Assembly: GCF_000150275.1 (NCBI RefSeq)
Contig: NW_002060947.1
Location: 8,278,043 to 8,342,042, forward strand
Source of the DNA: Trichoplax adhaerens
Taxonomy: Eukaryota; Animalia; Placozoa
Reading direction: 5' to 3'
Length of the DNA stretch: 64,000 bases
Positions 25,890-38,800 of this stretch are shown here, piece after piece (position 1 is the stretch's first letter; every line of letters begins with the position of its first letter). The position numbers and the translations under genes were made by a program. Below the pieces are notes generated by a model. That model ran no database searches. It saw nothing but the letters and a program-made list of their open reading frames with translations, and had not been told where the DNA came from.

Positions 25890-26230
25890 CTACATCATGC
25901 ATTTACCTCAATTACTATTTTATAGCATACGGTATTAGTATCCCCTGTGAGATATGGGCTATTTATTTTCTTAGTTATATCAGTTACACAAATGATTCTT
26001 AAGCTGGAGGCAAGAAATCATAAAATTTCATCACGCTAAAAATTATAAAAATAGAATGTTTTCATTTTATCATCATGAATAAAGATGGTACAAATAAGTC
26101 TTGGAGGTTAACATAATTTTCGGTAATTAAGAACGAAAATATCACTTTTTTTGTGCCATAAAAATGTGGCTATAAGAACGCGTGAAGGATGTCGTGGATT
26201 AGGTTTGCCAAGAGGTCTTGCACGTTTCCT
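25890..26230 (+). pseudogene. Highly decayed third MGST3 copy (exon 4, intron 4 and exon 5 remnant)
   Basis: Colinear matches to copy A 4300-4620: ATTACTATTT, GTATTAGT..CC..TGTG, CTGGAGG, AATTTCATC, AATGTTTTCATTTTA, TCTTGGAG, CGGTAATTAA, TTTT..TGCCATA, GCTA.AAGAA.GCGTG, GTGGA.T.GGTTT. Splice sites and reading frame are lost. Confidence 0.7.
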
Positions 26231-27659
26231 AAGCTATACGAGTATGCGCGTATATTTGGATAAATAGTTCGCAATCCTACGTAGAATACTGTCGTTTCAA
26301 AGCATTGATTATTTGATTAATGATTGAGAATGACATAGTGTTCCCTAGTTTTAAAATGTAACGATTGCAGAGGTTCCTTACTATGTTCAGTTTACCCTGG
26401 CAATTATTGACCTACGGTCTATAATTGGAAGAGTTACATGGTGAACTTTTGCAACCACGTAAGCGTACACTGTACGGTAAAGTACTTAAATATTGATTTG
26501 TTGACACTAGCTCGGACATCATATCGTTAGCAATATTGCATCAGATTCAAATATGCCTATTGCTGGCCACTTCAAAAGGTACATTGTATTAATCAAAATT
26601 GACTCCAATTTTTGAGTTTGTAGTATTAAAGATAGCATAAAGCGTTTGGAAAATTTTGATAGTTGTTTTATAGCATTGCAATTTCTTGTCAACTTGGCTA
26701 TAAGGTAAACTAATGTCAGCAAGTGCAAGCTAAACAGTATAAATATAGATATAAGGAAAATTAAGTTGGCTAGAATACAACATTGGTTACTACAGGCTTA
26801 GTTTACAGTTCTTTATCGAATGATCACTATCATTGTTGACGAATTATTCCAGTCATGATGATCTGCTGCTAGCTGTATCGAAGTATTCAGGATGTGAATC
26901 TTTCACCATCTCCCTACGCACTTCGGTGATTGCAGTACTTTTGCAGTGTAAAGTGGATTGATTATATTATCATTCTTATGCTTAAGATAATGACTAGAAA
27001 TAGCAGCATTGGCCAAGCAACTATTACTGAGCTCATAAAGCAATGACTACTTTCCTTACTCTGCCTGGATATTTTGTTCTCTTTTATAACATAGTTATCG
27101 AAATGAAGGTGCAAAACGGTACAGTGCTGTAGTTGGAACATTTCTGCTAGCCAGACTAAAGTGCATGATCATCCACTGTCGCCTGTAACAACCCAACTGG
27201 TTATCCATTGTATTTTAGCTGACTCTAGGCTCTCATTAGGCTTGATAAAGTGGATTCATTCAACTGAAAGCTCATTTTCTAATAAAGCTACTATACAATC
27301 GCATAAGATCTATAATTGTAATCCACAACACATTATGTAAACTATAAACTGCATCTCAAGCCAGCCAAAGAGATCGTTGATACTTGAACTGCAGTAGACC
27401 TCATGATGTACGTGCATTGATCACCGCTATCCGTGGACGAACATGAAAGCTCTTCCAACACCATCTGCACTATCTCAAGCTGATTCTTTGTATCGGCTTC
27501 GATCCATTTCTTGATGGATATTGACGAGCTAATTCAAGCCACGAAAGTGGAATATTGGCTCGCTGATTTTCTACCCATCAGTAAAATCAATCAACATGGC
27601 AATGAATGAGTGAGTCACGTAGTCGGCGAGCGAATGACGAAATATTGCTTCGAGGATGC

Positions 27660-28465
27660 GCGAAGTACAGTACGATACGCTTGGATACGTACAGTATCAC
27701 TGTACACTGTACACTGTAGGGTACAGTACGGTACAGTGTACAGTGTACAGTACAAGATGGTTATACAGTAGTACGATGTGAGCCAGTTCTCTTTACAGTG
27801 CTGTTAGGCAAAATAAATGGTAGTAAAGCAGCAAAATTTGCCTAAAATTCTATACATACAGATAGATGAATTCTTCAGCTTTATATTCATATAACTTTTG
27901 TTACATTTTTATTCACTCTGGCGATTTTAGGGTACCTTAAAGTACTCTGATTCGAACTGCTTCACACAGTAGTCAGTGACTCACTGCTGAAAATACTGTA
28001 CTGTGTGGACTGTCATCAAAAAGGTGCAATCAAGCGACAGTGTTTTTGCGTTTATGTCAGTAACGGATGATTTGCCTTACTGTATTGACTTTGTCCCACA
28101 TGATACCCTACGATATAGTATGATCGAGCTGAATGTCAGGTTCTCATTGCAGGCAAAAAGAATGTCACCTAGTCCCTGTATGCTAGCCAGGCACTGTCAA
28201 GGTAGAAATGCCGTTCGTACAGTATTCCAGTCTTGACCGACTCTCATTTCTAGACATTCTACACTTCTTTTGACATCGTTGGCAGACTATTGCCCCATAA
28301 TACTTTCCAGGATTTCACACTGTCCGCTACGCTCAACTGCCGATGCAAGCATAGTTAAGGCATACAGCCATAATTTGGGGGGGGGTTACAGTGCGTATGG
28401 CTGCTCAGTACTACAACTGTATATGTCCTATACTGTACAACGTATGTGGTACGACAGTATATAAG
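27660..28465. promoter_or_regulatory. TACAG/CTGTA-rich upstream region of MGST3 copy B, with two AP-1-type sites nearby
   Basis: Dense GTACAGTAC/TGTACACTGTAC units at 27665-27775 and scattered copies to ~28460. TGAGTCA at 27611-27617 and the quasi-palindrome CAGTGACTCACTG at 27974-27986. A regulatory role is inferred from position only. Confidence 0.5.
27776..27870. repeat. 95-bp dispersed element, copy 1 (internal TAGGCAAA...TTTGCCTA inverted repeat)
   Basis: Differs from 59872-59966 at 6 of 95 positions, ungapped. Confidence 0.9.
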
Positions 28466-28573
28466 GGCGCCAGCATGCGGCTAACCCTGACTAGCAGAGT
28501 TGTTTACTGCAAGCGTTGGACGCGTTTCGACCCGAGGTGATTTGAGGCTGCAGGAAATCTTTTTTTTTCAATC

Positions 28574-31367
28574 ATGTCTTCTCTTGGTTTACCTAAAGAT
28601 TATGGCTACTGTGTTTTGATAGCTGCCGACAGTGTCTTGGTGCTCATTTACTTGGGTATCCGAGTAGGTCGTGCTCGTAAGCAATTTGGTGTAGAGGTAA
28701 GAGAAAGTGTGTTGTTGTTGTTTTTTTCCATCGATATTGGATTGCATCATGATCGAGTCATGACGCAACGACACCGTAAAGTATACTGTATTTCAAGCGC
28801 CATCAGCCTTGCCTCTCCCTTTCAGTTTCCAATTAAACTAGCCATTCAATCAAAAGGGGATACAGATCCAGTTTGATCTTAACAAACATCCATCCATCCA
28901 TTTTCTCCATTTAGAATTCAATATGGAGGAGTAGTTAGACTGCAATAGGCAAGAGTGTTGAGGCGGATTGATTTTGCTTCTCTTCGATTTGCCATTGGAC
29001 CGCTAGATCGTTCGTTACCAATACAACCAAAGTCACCCTACCTTCGCCAAATTGCAAACTGCCACCTTACGATCACAGCTGGCGTAGGATCGCCAAGCAA
29101 TGCAACGCCAGCCAAGTGAATTGGTGTTATACCCATCATCAAACTCCAATTTGCTATAGAAATCAAACGATTGATCTGGTGAATATAGACTATATAGTCT
29201 TTTATAACTTGATCGACTAGTTGTGACGATTGGCTATGCTGAAGGTCGTTTAGATCCCCTGTAAAGACACCGTTTTGCAGTCGGTGTTTTACGATCGATG
29301 CATTTTCCTATCCAATTTCGCTCTACTTTCTGTTATTCACGAAAGTGCAGTCGTGAAGAAAATGCCACTACTTGTATTGATTTAGCCGTGTCCATATACA
29401 TTTTGTTGACCAACTCTAATCCAATTATTTTTTATTAACCATCATATTGCTTTGTCTTTAGTATCCCAAGATGTACGACGACGATAAGCCAATATTTAAC
29501 TGCTTTCAACGCGCACATCAAAACACGTAAGTAGGAAAGAAAAAGTCAAGCAATGAACAGAAAAAAAAATAAAACAAATAATAAAAAATATAATGAAATG
29601 CACGTATGTCCATTTTACGAAATATTATGGAAAATAGATAGACTGTACCTTCTCAAACCAACCGTATACTAATGTCCATCAGTATCTCGATACTATTGGA
29701 TCTTTACAATTGAATCATTGGCATTCAATTATCATTTCTCTACTGTCAAAAATGTTATTCTACTAGTAGTACGGCACCTGATGTCATTATCAATGTTACA
29801 TCACCAAGAATAATTAAAGTAGTCATTATTTTCTAGGTAGCTATTAGCATCAAAATGAGGTTACTCTGTTCTGCTCAGTAGTTTGCTTTTCATTATCAAC
29901 GTCTTGATGCTTAGTCGTTATTTGGCAATCTTTATAAGGATACGCTAAAATCAATAATGCACCGCTTTCGTTTCAGAGTAGGAGAAGTAATGTATCGTAA
30001 TTAGCTATATAGTTTAGTACAATACTTTACAAATTCTTACTAATACTGAATAAATGATATTTTAAAGAGTTTGACGAGTTGGTTACTGCATTGATGGACT
30101 ATTTCTGCTTTATAGTAGAGTGGTGTATCTTCATTAGCTTGGTGGTATGGTACATTAGAAAGGGTTGATTTAGGTGTCATCTGCAGTACTTTACAAATTT
30201 TTACCGATACTGGAAAGTGATGTTTTAAAGAGCTACTTATTGTAAGGACGGATTTTTTTATGGTGATCATGTCCTCCTAATTTACTTATCAAAGTACAGC
30301 ACCTATGATAAATTCTTTGCCTTTCGTAGACTACAAATTGTCAATACTTTTTACTAGATAACGTAATGGTGTCAGACGGCAGTAATAGAATTTTATTTTG
30401 TATGATGCTTTATTGACTTTGTTGTATAAATCTTGATTCATTCCTAGCTTAGTATTTCTGTTTCTACTTACAATAGTTGCATCACATGTATGATATCATA
30501 ATGACTATGTAGGCCCCAGCATAGTTGACTGTAATTTATTCAATTTTGTTACTCATGCAACAAATCCGACACTGCATAATGTACATCGTAACTCCTTAAG
30601 AATGATCGTGATGGCTCTCATTTTGATTTTTACAGCATTATCAGTTAATACAGTAGATATCATTTCGTTACTGGAATTGTTGCCATCAAGATATTGATCA
30701 TTCTTCATAAGCAAAACAGGATAAACTGTAGTCTTTCTGTTACCATACCATGGACTTGTCTGTTTTTTATACTAACGTGAATTATTTCTTGATCATCAGA
30801 TTGGAACACTATCCTCAATTTCTTTCCATGATGCTTCTTGGTGGATTGCAACATCCCGTAAGTGCTGCTAAATAAATGCGATGATGTAAATTCTTGACAT
30901 AAAATCGAACATTGACTTTTCTAATGTTCATCGAATTGATTTCTACTGTTGTATTGTACGATTGCGTAGACAGTGTATTGTATGAGTAACGTAAAAAATC
31001 GATTGCCAAAGTAATTGTGTTCAGCCATGATACACAATAGTAAATATGTTTGCTCCTTTGATCTTTTATGGTATTAGCGATTAAGTGCTGCCTTTGGAGC
31101 TGTTTGGGTCCTTAGCCGATTGTTTTATGCTCACGGTTACTACACCGGAGGTTAGTCTTGTCTTGAATTGTAGAAATGTCACGATAAACGTTACTTTTCG
31201 GATATGTACGTCAATAGCATCTTAACAACTAGAGTCATGGATGCTTTTAATTCTCATAAAAACCAGATCCAGCCAAAAGAATGCGCGGAGCTTGGGGTGG
31301 AATTGGTTTTCTCGGAGTCATCGGCTGCGCCATCTCTTTCGGATTAAACTTATTGGAATACATCTAA
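28574..31367 (+). CDS. MGST3: Microsomal glutathione S-transferase 3-like (MAPEG family), copy B, 139 aa, 5 exons
   Basis: Exons 28574-28696, 29462-29526, 30800-30857, 31078-31150, 31267-31367, the same sizes as copy A (123/65/58/73/101). Translation: MSSLGLPKDYGYCVLIAADSVLVLIYLGIRVGRARKQFGVE/YPKMYDDDKPIFNCFQRAHQNT/LEHYPQFLSMMLLGGLQHP/RLSAAFGAVWVLSRLFYAHGYYTG/DPAKRMRGAWGGIGFLGVIGCAISFGLNLLEYI*. Confidence 0.95.
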
Positions 31368-32828
31368 ACTTACACCCTATTGCTGTGTAGTACTAAATTA
31401 CGTGTATAATCCTATCATTAATGAACTAATTTATGATTCGTCTTGCCTCAGAAGAAACTGGACAACAGTAGCTACTTAAGATGTAAGCTTGTACTATGTA
31501 GACGTCATTTTTGTTATCAAGTGCTAAAGTTCACCCAATTCTAGCTATTGTCTAGATATTGTAAGTCACCATTCTATTGATTGTATTCATAATAATTTAG
31601 CGACTAATGAAGTAGTCATTTTTTGGTATCAGAGGTTGTCCAAGTGTCTATTCCAATAAAGTATTCAATTGAAACTACTCCATGAAGTGATCATAATTGA
31701 CGAAATTCAAATGCACGCATTTTCTTTCCTCGATAAGTTTATCCTTGAAGCATGTTTAATATACCCGTATGATAGAATTGGATAAGCAAAATAGTCAAGG
31801 CCAAACCATTTGACAAAACAATACTGTAGTTGTATCATTTGAACATTAGAGAAGGAAAGGCTTACATTTATGTCCGTACTTACTGTATGTATACAGTTGG
31901 GTTATAGATAAGATAGATTTTAAGTCTTAGAAAGCACGTAAATAGCTGCCACAAGACAGCAATTACAAGTCGAAAATCAATAAGATTTTACAGTATAGAT
32001 TAGGTACGTAGGCAGGTTACCTTGGTAATATCATGAGCAAGGTTCGTAAAATATCCAAGCATTAACCTCTCAAAACTCATATCAAACGAATTACAGCTCA
32101 CAACATGTCTAACTTACGAGAGACTATCTACACTAGAGAGTAGAGGATGACTACGCATTTCGCTACTTTAGTTAGGATCATTAGCGATATATTTCTTGAT
32201 AGCAAACGAACAGTACGTGCTCAACATGGTAATTTTACTAGCAAAATACATGATGAAAATGTATGGCAACAGAGAGGAAAACTGCTAACAAACCAAACAC
32301 GTACAATTACTAGGAATCATCTGATTACATCTAAATGAGAGGTATTACAGCATTATCAGTTTAAGTTGTAGATATTGTTAAAAAAAAATCATCGTTAATG
32401 TACAGATTTAATTATAAATACAGTTAGACTATACAATATAATATAGTTATTCAAGACATGCATTTATATGAGCATAAAGATTTTGGAGTTTTAGAATACC
32501 AGCCCATCTTTACACATTAGGAAGAAATGACGAAAGCATTGATATACAAAAGTTTTTGCCAAGTTTAGAAGGTGAAATCCTAAATCTGAACTCGTAATAT
32601 TTCTCCTTTCTTAGTAGTTGAGTTTAGGCCATATAGAAGGATAATATACGGTTTGTGTTTTACTTACAGCTAATCGCCATTATTGAGTTGCCGTTCATAG
32701 AAACTAATATATATTCGTAAACTAGAAATTGAAAGTATAGTAAAATAGTGACAGACACGATATAATTTTACTTGTCTTTCAATAGTAATCAATTTATGAT
32801 TTCCAATTTGGTTTAGTAACAAATTTTA

Positions 32829-35800
32829 TCATGACCATTGATCTGCCCTCCATATTAATAAATTGGTACTATTTGACTGAGTCTTCATTGGGCGAAATAG
32901 ATCATTGAATCCTTTTCCACATGCCACTACTAACTGTTGCGTTCTGATTGCATCTTGCCTTGCCTGAACCTCGAGTATGCTTTCACTAGGATCACCACCG
33001 GACATGCGATTGATATCCCCCCGAAACTTGGCTGTATTTTTGACAATCATTTTCATGGGTAATAATGAATAAAAAATATTCTGATGGCATCGAAACAGTG
33101 TCATTACTTTCCGGTCCATTGCATGAACGACCACCAGGTAGCCATTACTGCATCCCAAGTACAAGTATTGGTCAATGATGTTAATCGAAGTGATGGATGC
33201 TAATACGTTTCAAGAGTATTGGTTGAAAATTAGTACAACTAGATTGCCTTTAAGATTGTCAATATAATCTTTCCATTTGGTATATATTATTTGTGATATA
33301 ATCGACACATTAAACTACTAGTATATATTGCCTTGACAACAACACTCTACTATTAACGCAAAATTACAGTGTATTTCGGTCAATTTAACTATAAACATGA
33401 TTTGCACCATTCACAATTAAGCAAACGGTAAAAGATTTAATCGATTACTGAAGGCAATTGCAAATGTTGAAAGATCTAGTTAACATTTTAATAAGGCTTA
33501 GTGCGGTAGCAACATTTAACTTTGTAAATATTCATGAATGCTATAATGATAGCCTTGCTATAGATAACCATTGTAACTAACTAAATGAACGGATAAGATA
33601 ATTTACGATTTTTGCAATTGTTTCCAGGTGACAAAATTCAAATACACAGAATTCTTGACAATTTCTAAATAATCATAACCATGTTGATATCTATTTCTTA
33701 CCTGAGAGAATTGCATGCTCTGTATCAACGGTGGAGAGATCGAAAGGTGGCAAAGCTTGTTTGCTCATCGCTGACCAAGAATAAATAGTGCAAGAGTCTT
33801 CACCAATTGCCCAGACTGCCGTAGTCTCAGCGGTTATCTCATGGTGATTTTTGATACAACTATGATTATGGGTTGCATTCGTTGCTAAATTAATGACATT
33901 GCCATGAAAATGATCTATTGATAATTTACATTTAATATTTAGCGAAGCTTCGTCAAGAATTTGCACTTGGCCTCCAGCAAGCCCACACCACAATTCGCCA
34001 CTGTTATCATCTTCGTAATTCACATAGATGATGGAATAGATTGTACAATCAAAACTTTTATTTGCGCATTCGATTAAGGTCAATGAAGGATGTTTCCCAC
34101 TTGATTTGGTCTTATTGAGGTTATTTACAATATTACCAACTTTAAAATTAATATGATGCGGCCAACTACCATACAGTGGGCTTGTATTTTTACCAGGTTG
34201 GCCAAGAGCGTTGATATCTGTATCTTGAGATTCCAGGCTAGAACTTTTATCCGATGAAGTAGAACCTTCCTTTCTTATTCGAGTTAGACTACGACTACGT
34301 GTAGGGGTCTTTAAGACGTCTTTAAATGTAATTAATTTTCCATCCGACAGAGCAACAGCAACCAGATGTTGATCCATAGCATGGACTATTGCTGTAGTAG
34401 AGATCAAGAAGTGATCGCTGACTTGCTGCGACAATAATAACTGATGGCTGGTAGAGTTAAAGATATGCAGATAGCCACCTTGAGTACCAACCCAAACAGC
34501 TTCATCAACAACGCAAATACAAGTAATTGCCGATTTTCCAACAACGATTCTCTATTAGAAGATAAGAAAAGATAGATGTGGTTAGCTAAGTTTCGTATAT
34601 GCTATCATTTGCTTTTCGACTGCTCTATCTTTTTCTATTAACACAGTAGTTATAATCGATTCATATTATAACAGAGATTTCTACAAACTGTACAAAGGCT
34701 CTATCTCTATTAATTATCACTCTCGCATATACTTTATAGGGCTAACAAAGTAATAGAATAAACGCATATACTAAAAATTGCAGTTATAGAAGAGCAAAAT
34801 GTAACATTGTAAACTACTGTTGGCAAATATCTTTCATGCCAAACCTGAATTATAATACTCGGAAATACTACGCTAATAAATTTAGAGCATTACAGGATGA
34901 TATCCGAAAATTCCTGCGACTAATTGCAAAAAAAATTACTAACGAAAGTATCATGAGATTGGCGACCTTGAAAAGTTCCTCTTTAGTTGTAGTTAGGTCA
35001 TAGAAATCAGGATATATATGAGCCAATAGAATTACAAAGTCTGACTGAAACTGTAAGTCACTACTAACAAAAGTTGGTGGGCATAATTTATAATGATAAA
35101 ACTACTTAAAAACATTTAATATAGTTCCTGAAACGAGGATGTACCATAAACTCTTTGGACTATTTGTATTGCTATGTGCTAATTTCATTAATAACAATAA
35201 AATTACTCAATATATATCTACTCCTATCTTGCGAGTATATCAAGCTGGCATAACGTCTTCGTTTAAAGAAATACTTTTAAATTTTCTATAGATTGAATAG
35301 CAATCAAATATTTCTTACCTCTTCGTTCATGATTAAACCGTTATCGAATTGCAATACATTTATTTCACCATAGTTCGTTTCACCATAGCCAAGCCAAATT
35401 TCGTATTCCATACTTTGCTCTATAGCTGTTTCATCTACAACAAGGTTGAAAGTAGCCGATAGCAAAATTAGTTCTCTCTCATAATTTTATTTTATTTTAA
35501 GATCCGATAGTACACTAATTTTAAATCACCTGTCTTAGCATCGCTAGCCTCATCTGGTGAAAGAATAAATGATGCTCCACATGTTACTGGTAATAGCGTT
35601 ACTAACTGGACATTGTCAATCAGTCGTAAAAATTTTGGATTGTTGGCAATATCTAATATTTGTGTAAAAGATGGACGTTCGATAGGATCTTGATTCCAAC
35701 AGCAACGCATTAACTCCAGGAGAGGTAATGGCGTTTCTCTTTTCTAAAAATAAAGTTGAAAATGAAAGTATGAGTTTTAATCCGATTTTAAAGGTTCTAT

Positions 35801-38800
35801 CACCTAAATAAAGATGCTAGTATTGAAAAGCAATCTGTAAGCTACTAAGCAATGCACATGATATAATATATTATTGGGAAAACTTCATATATTAACGAGA
35901 ATCTATAAATTTAATATATCACAAATAATTATTAGACAGTTATTTAAAATATTTAGCGTTACGTGTATCACTAGGAAAATTTCCGGTATTAACAATCCAT
36001 AAATTTAATATATCAAATCATAGTAAGAAAGCGTATTTGTGTAATATTTATAGTTCCATATATCACTTGAAAAGCTTAATTTAGTAACAATAATCTATGA
36101 ATTTAATGTACTATGAATAATTATAATTAGAAGACATCCTTTCGGAGTAGAATATTTTTCGTAGATAGTTATTAAACTAAGCATCAGCCAAATTTAAGCA
36201 GTCTTACTGCTCGAGCATCAATAGTATGCTCATATACTATCGTATTATAAATAAATCATATCTTGGCAATATAAGGATTCTAAAGTAGCGTTCTTTAATT
36301 AATAAATAAATGATCGCATTTCATGTATTAATAGCACGAATAGTTAAGCAACTTTGAAATTCTGGATACAGTATTTTACTAGCATGGCAATGATGAATAT
36401 AAGCAGCCTACAAATACCTTGAAGTAGTAATATATATTGCCTTGTTTAGAAAGTCATGATCCTAAGGAGGGATATCTACTGTATTTAAAAATGCCTACCT
36501 GACGAGAATATTGCGGTCTTTTTCCTTCAAGAATATATTCATTAACTTGAGGAGTTGGAATTTCTTCAAATGGCTGCTTTAATGTCAATAACTCATACAT
36601 AAACATGCCAAAGGAAAAAGAATCAATCTGGCAATTAAAGAAGTAATTAATCAGTCGTATCAAATATAATTATTCACCTACTTCTATCATTATACTGTAC
36701 TGAAAATGGCCTCTATCTACTTAAATTGAAGTAACCCTTACCAGACAATTTTATAGGGTAGTGCGTTAAAATAAAATTTGAAATTGTTATCACACTATTC
36801 GAATTTGCACTGTACCTTTTCCGTGTAAACTTCTTCACCTCCATATTTAATAATTTCAGGTGCCATAAATCCTGGTGTTCCACTAAAGCCTTTTGTACCA
36901 GTTGGCAGCATAGATCGACTAATACCATAATCAGCGACTTTGACTGTGATTGATTCCAAAAATTCATCATTATTGGCGTCTTCTACCGATGGTATAGACC
37001 ATACTAAGACATTTTCTGATTTTAGATCGCGATAAATAATTTTCTGATGATGGAGATATTCCATAGCAGATGCAACCTACATACAAATCAAATGAGAGAA
37101 TAGAAGAAATCATGTGTAGCCTTTCTAATAGATACAAATCGGTTACAGCAAACGTCGAAAATAGTAGCTAGATACATTACAGAAGCAACAGTATTCTAGT
37201 TCGTATTGCTATTGCCATCATTAGTACGATTAATCTCTACCTGTGTAATTATATGCTTAGTTGTGAAGATATTTAGATAGCAACCATGCTTGCGATATTC
37301 CATGAGTAAGATATCTAAGCTGCCGTTAGGCGCCAAAGGTAATATTAGAGAGAGTGGATTTAAGCAAAATCCAACGATTGGCACAATATTGGAATGGCTA
37401 ACGGTGACCAAAATAGACATTTCCTGTCTTGCAGCTCTGTACGAAAACATATCAAATTTATTTCACCTACCTCTGATTACTATACTAATAAATCTTAATT
37501 GGATACTTATTCGATTTAGTACGATAATATATAGCTTAATTCTTCAAGAGAGCAATACAGCCTGCTAACCAATAGCAAATTGTACTTGTAAAAATAATAT
37601 TAGCAACAACCTAAAGACTAAAGTAGCATACCGATATGCATTGTAGGCAGAAGAGGTTGGATCAGCTGCTACAGCTTTACTAGCTGCCTCAATGATAGCT
37701 ATATCCACGGTATTAGCATTTTCGCTAATTCCCTGTTCAGTCATCATTTTAATAGCCACGGGTAATGGTTGTTCATCCAACTATGTAATTATAACAGAAA
37801 AGATAGTCAATTTTAGCTCTTCTATGCCCTTCAAGACATTAATTGTTTGCTATGGGTTACCGCTATTTCGAGCCTTAATCACCGCAAATTTAGATCATAA
37901 TCACAAAGAAATTAGATCTCACCTTTTCGTCATCATACAACTCTCCTTTAAAAACAGATCCAAAGGCTCCTTTGCCTAACAGATACTCTTTAGTGAGTAA
38001 ATCGGGACTAATCATTAAATTAGGAGCTAAATCATGGAATATCTAAGAATCAAAAGCACGTTCTAGCGTTAAATTTATCGAAAATAAACTGAAGCAATAG
38101 ATTCAAAACTATCGAATTGCACATCAAGTTGGTTTAATAGCTTTACCACATCTGGAACTGTAAATTTCATATCTAATACGCCATGGAAAGGACAACTCAT
38201 GTAGTCAATTTGGCTAGAGTAGAGAACACATTCTTCAAATATAAAGGCATGAATCCGAACGCTTTGATCTGAATCAGTTGTCGAAACAGATTGATTTCGA
38301 CTTTCTCGTGTTGGAATTAAATGATTAAGGCGTTCTTGTGAATGATTATCAGCACTATTTTCACTTAATTCGATCGATAATTGCCGATACTTATTTGTTG
38401 TATTCTTGATATCGTTTGCTATACATTTCAATGACAGAAAATGGCAATAAATAATCCTCGAAAATAGTCAAAGTCTGTAATGGTTAAATAGAGAAAGCAA
38501 GGATAGTACTTACCGTCCTCCTCTTGCTCTATGCGTATACGCGTATTAAATTTTGTCTCTGAAATATCTTCTGAAGACGATTCAGGATTCAAATAATCAC
38601 CTTGGGAATTGCACTTTGCTAGTATTTTACGACGTCGCGGTTGATTTTCCAACTTATCACAAAAGACTTCATCAGGCTTAGTAATTTCTTCAATGCTATC
38701 CGCTTCGTTATATTTACAGGATAAATCAGTCGATGAATCATACAGGCAATTACCGGTTGCGCTACTACTGGAATCGTGCGGCTCTTTCTTATTTGTAAAT

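Noticed and set aside
26500-27600. Possible divergently transcribed gene next to the MGST3-B upstream region
   Set aside because: No coherent ORF or exon chain found; a lncRNA is possible but cannot be shown from sequence.
27776-27870. H/ACA snoRNA interpretation of the 95-bp element (minus strand has a hairpin, ANANNA, then ACA)
   Set aside because: The segment between the H-like box and ACA is only ~19 nt, too short for a second H/ACA hairpin, and both copies are intergenic.
38475-38513. 39-nt mini-intron or apparent frameshift between ORFs 38428-40272 and 38075-38431
   Set aside because: That acceptor leads to a stop; a normal 95-nt intron (38419-38513) resolves the frame.
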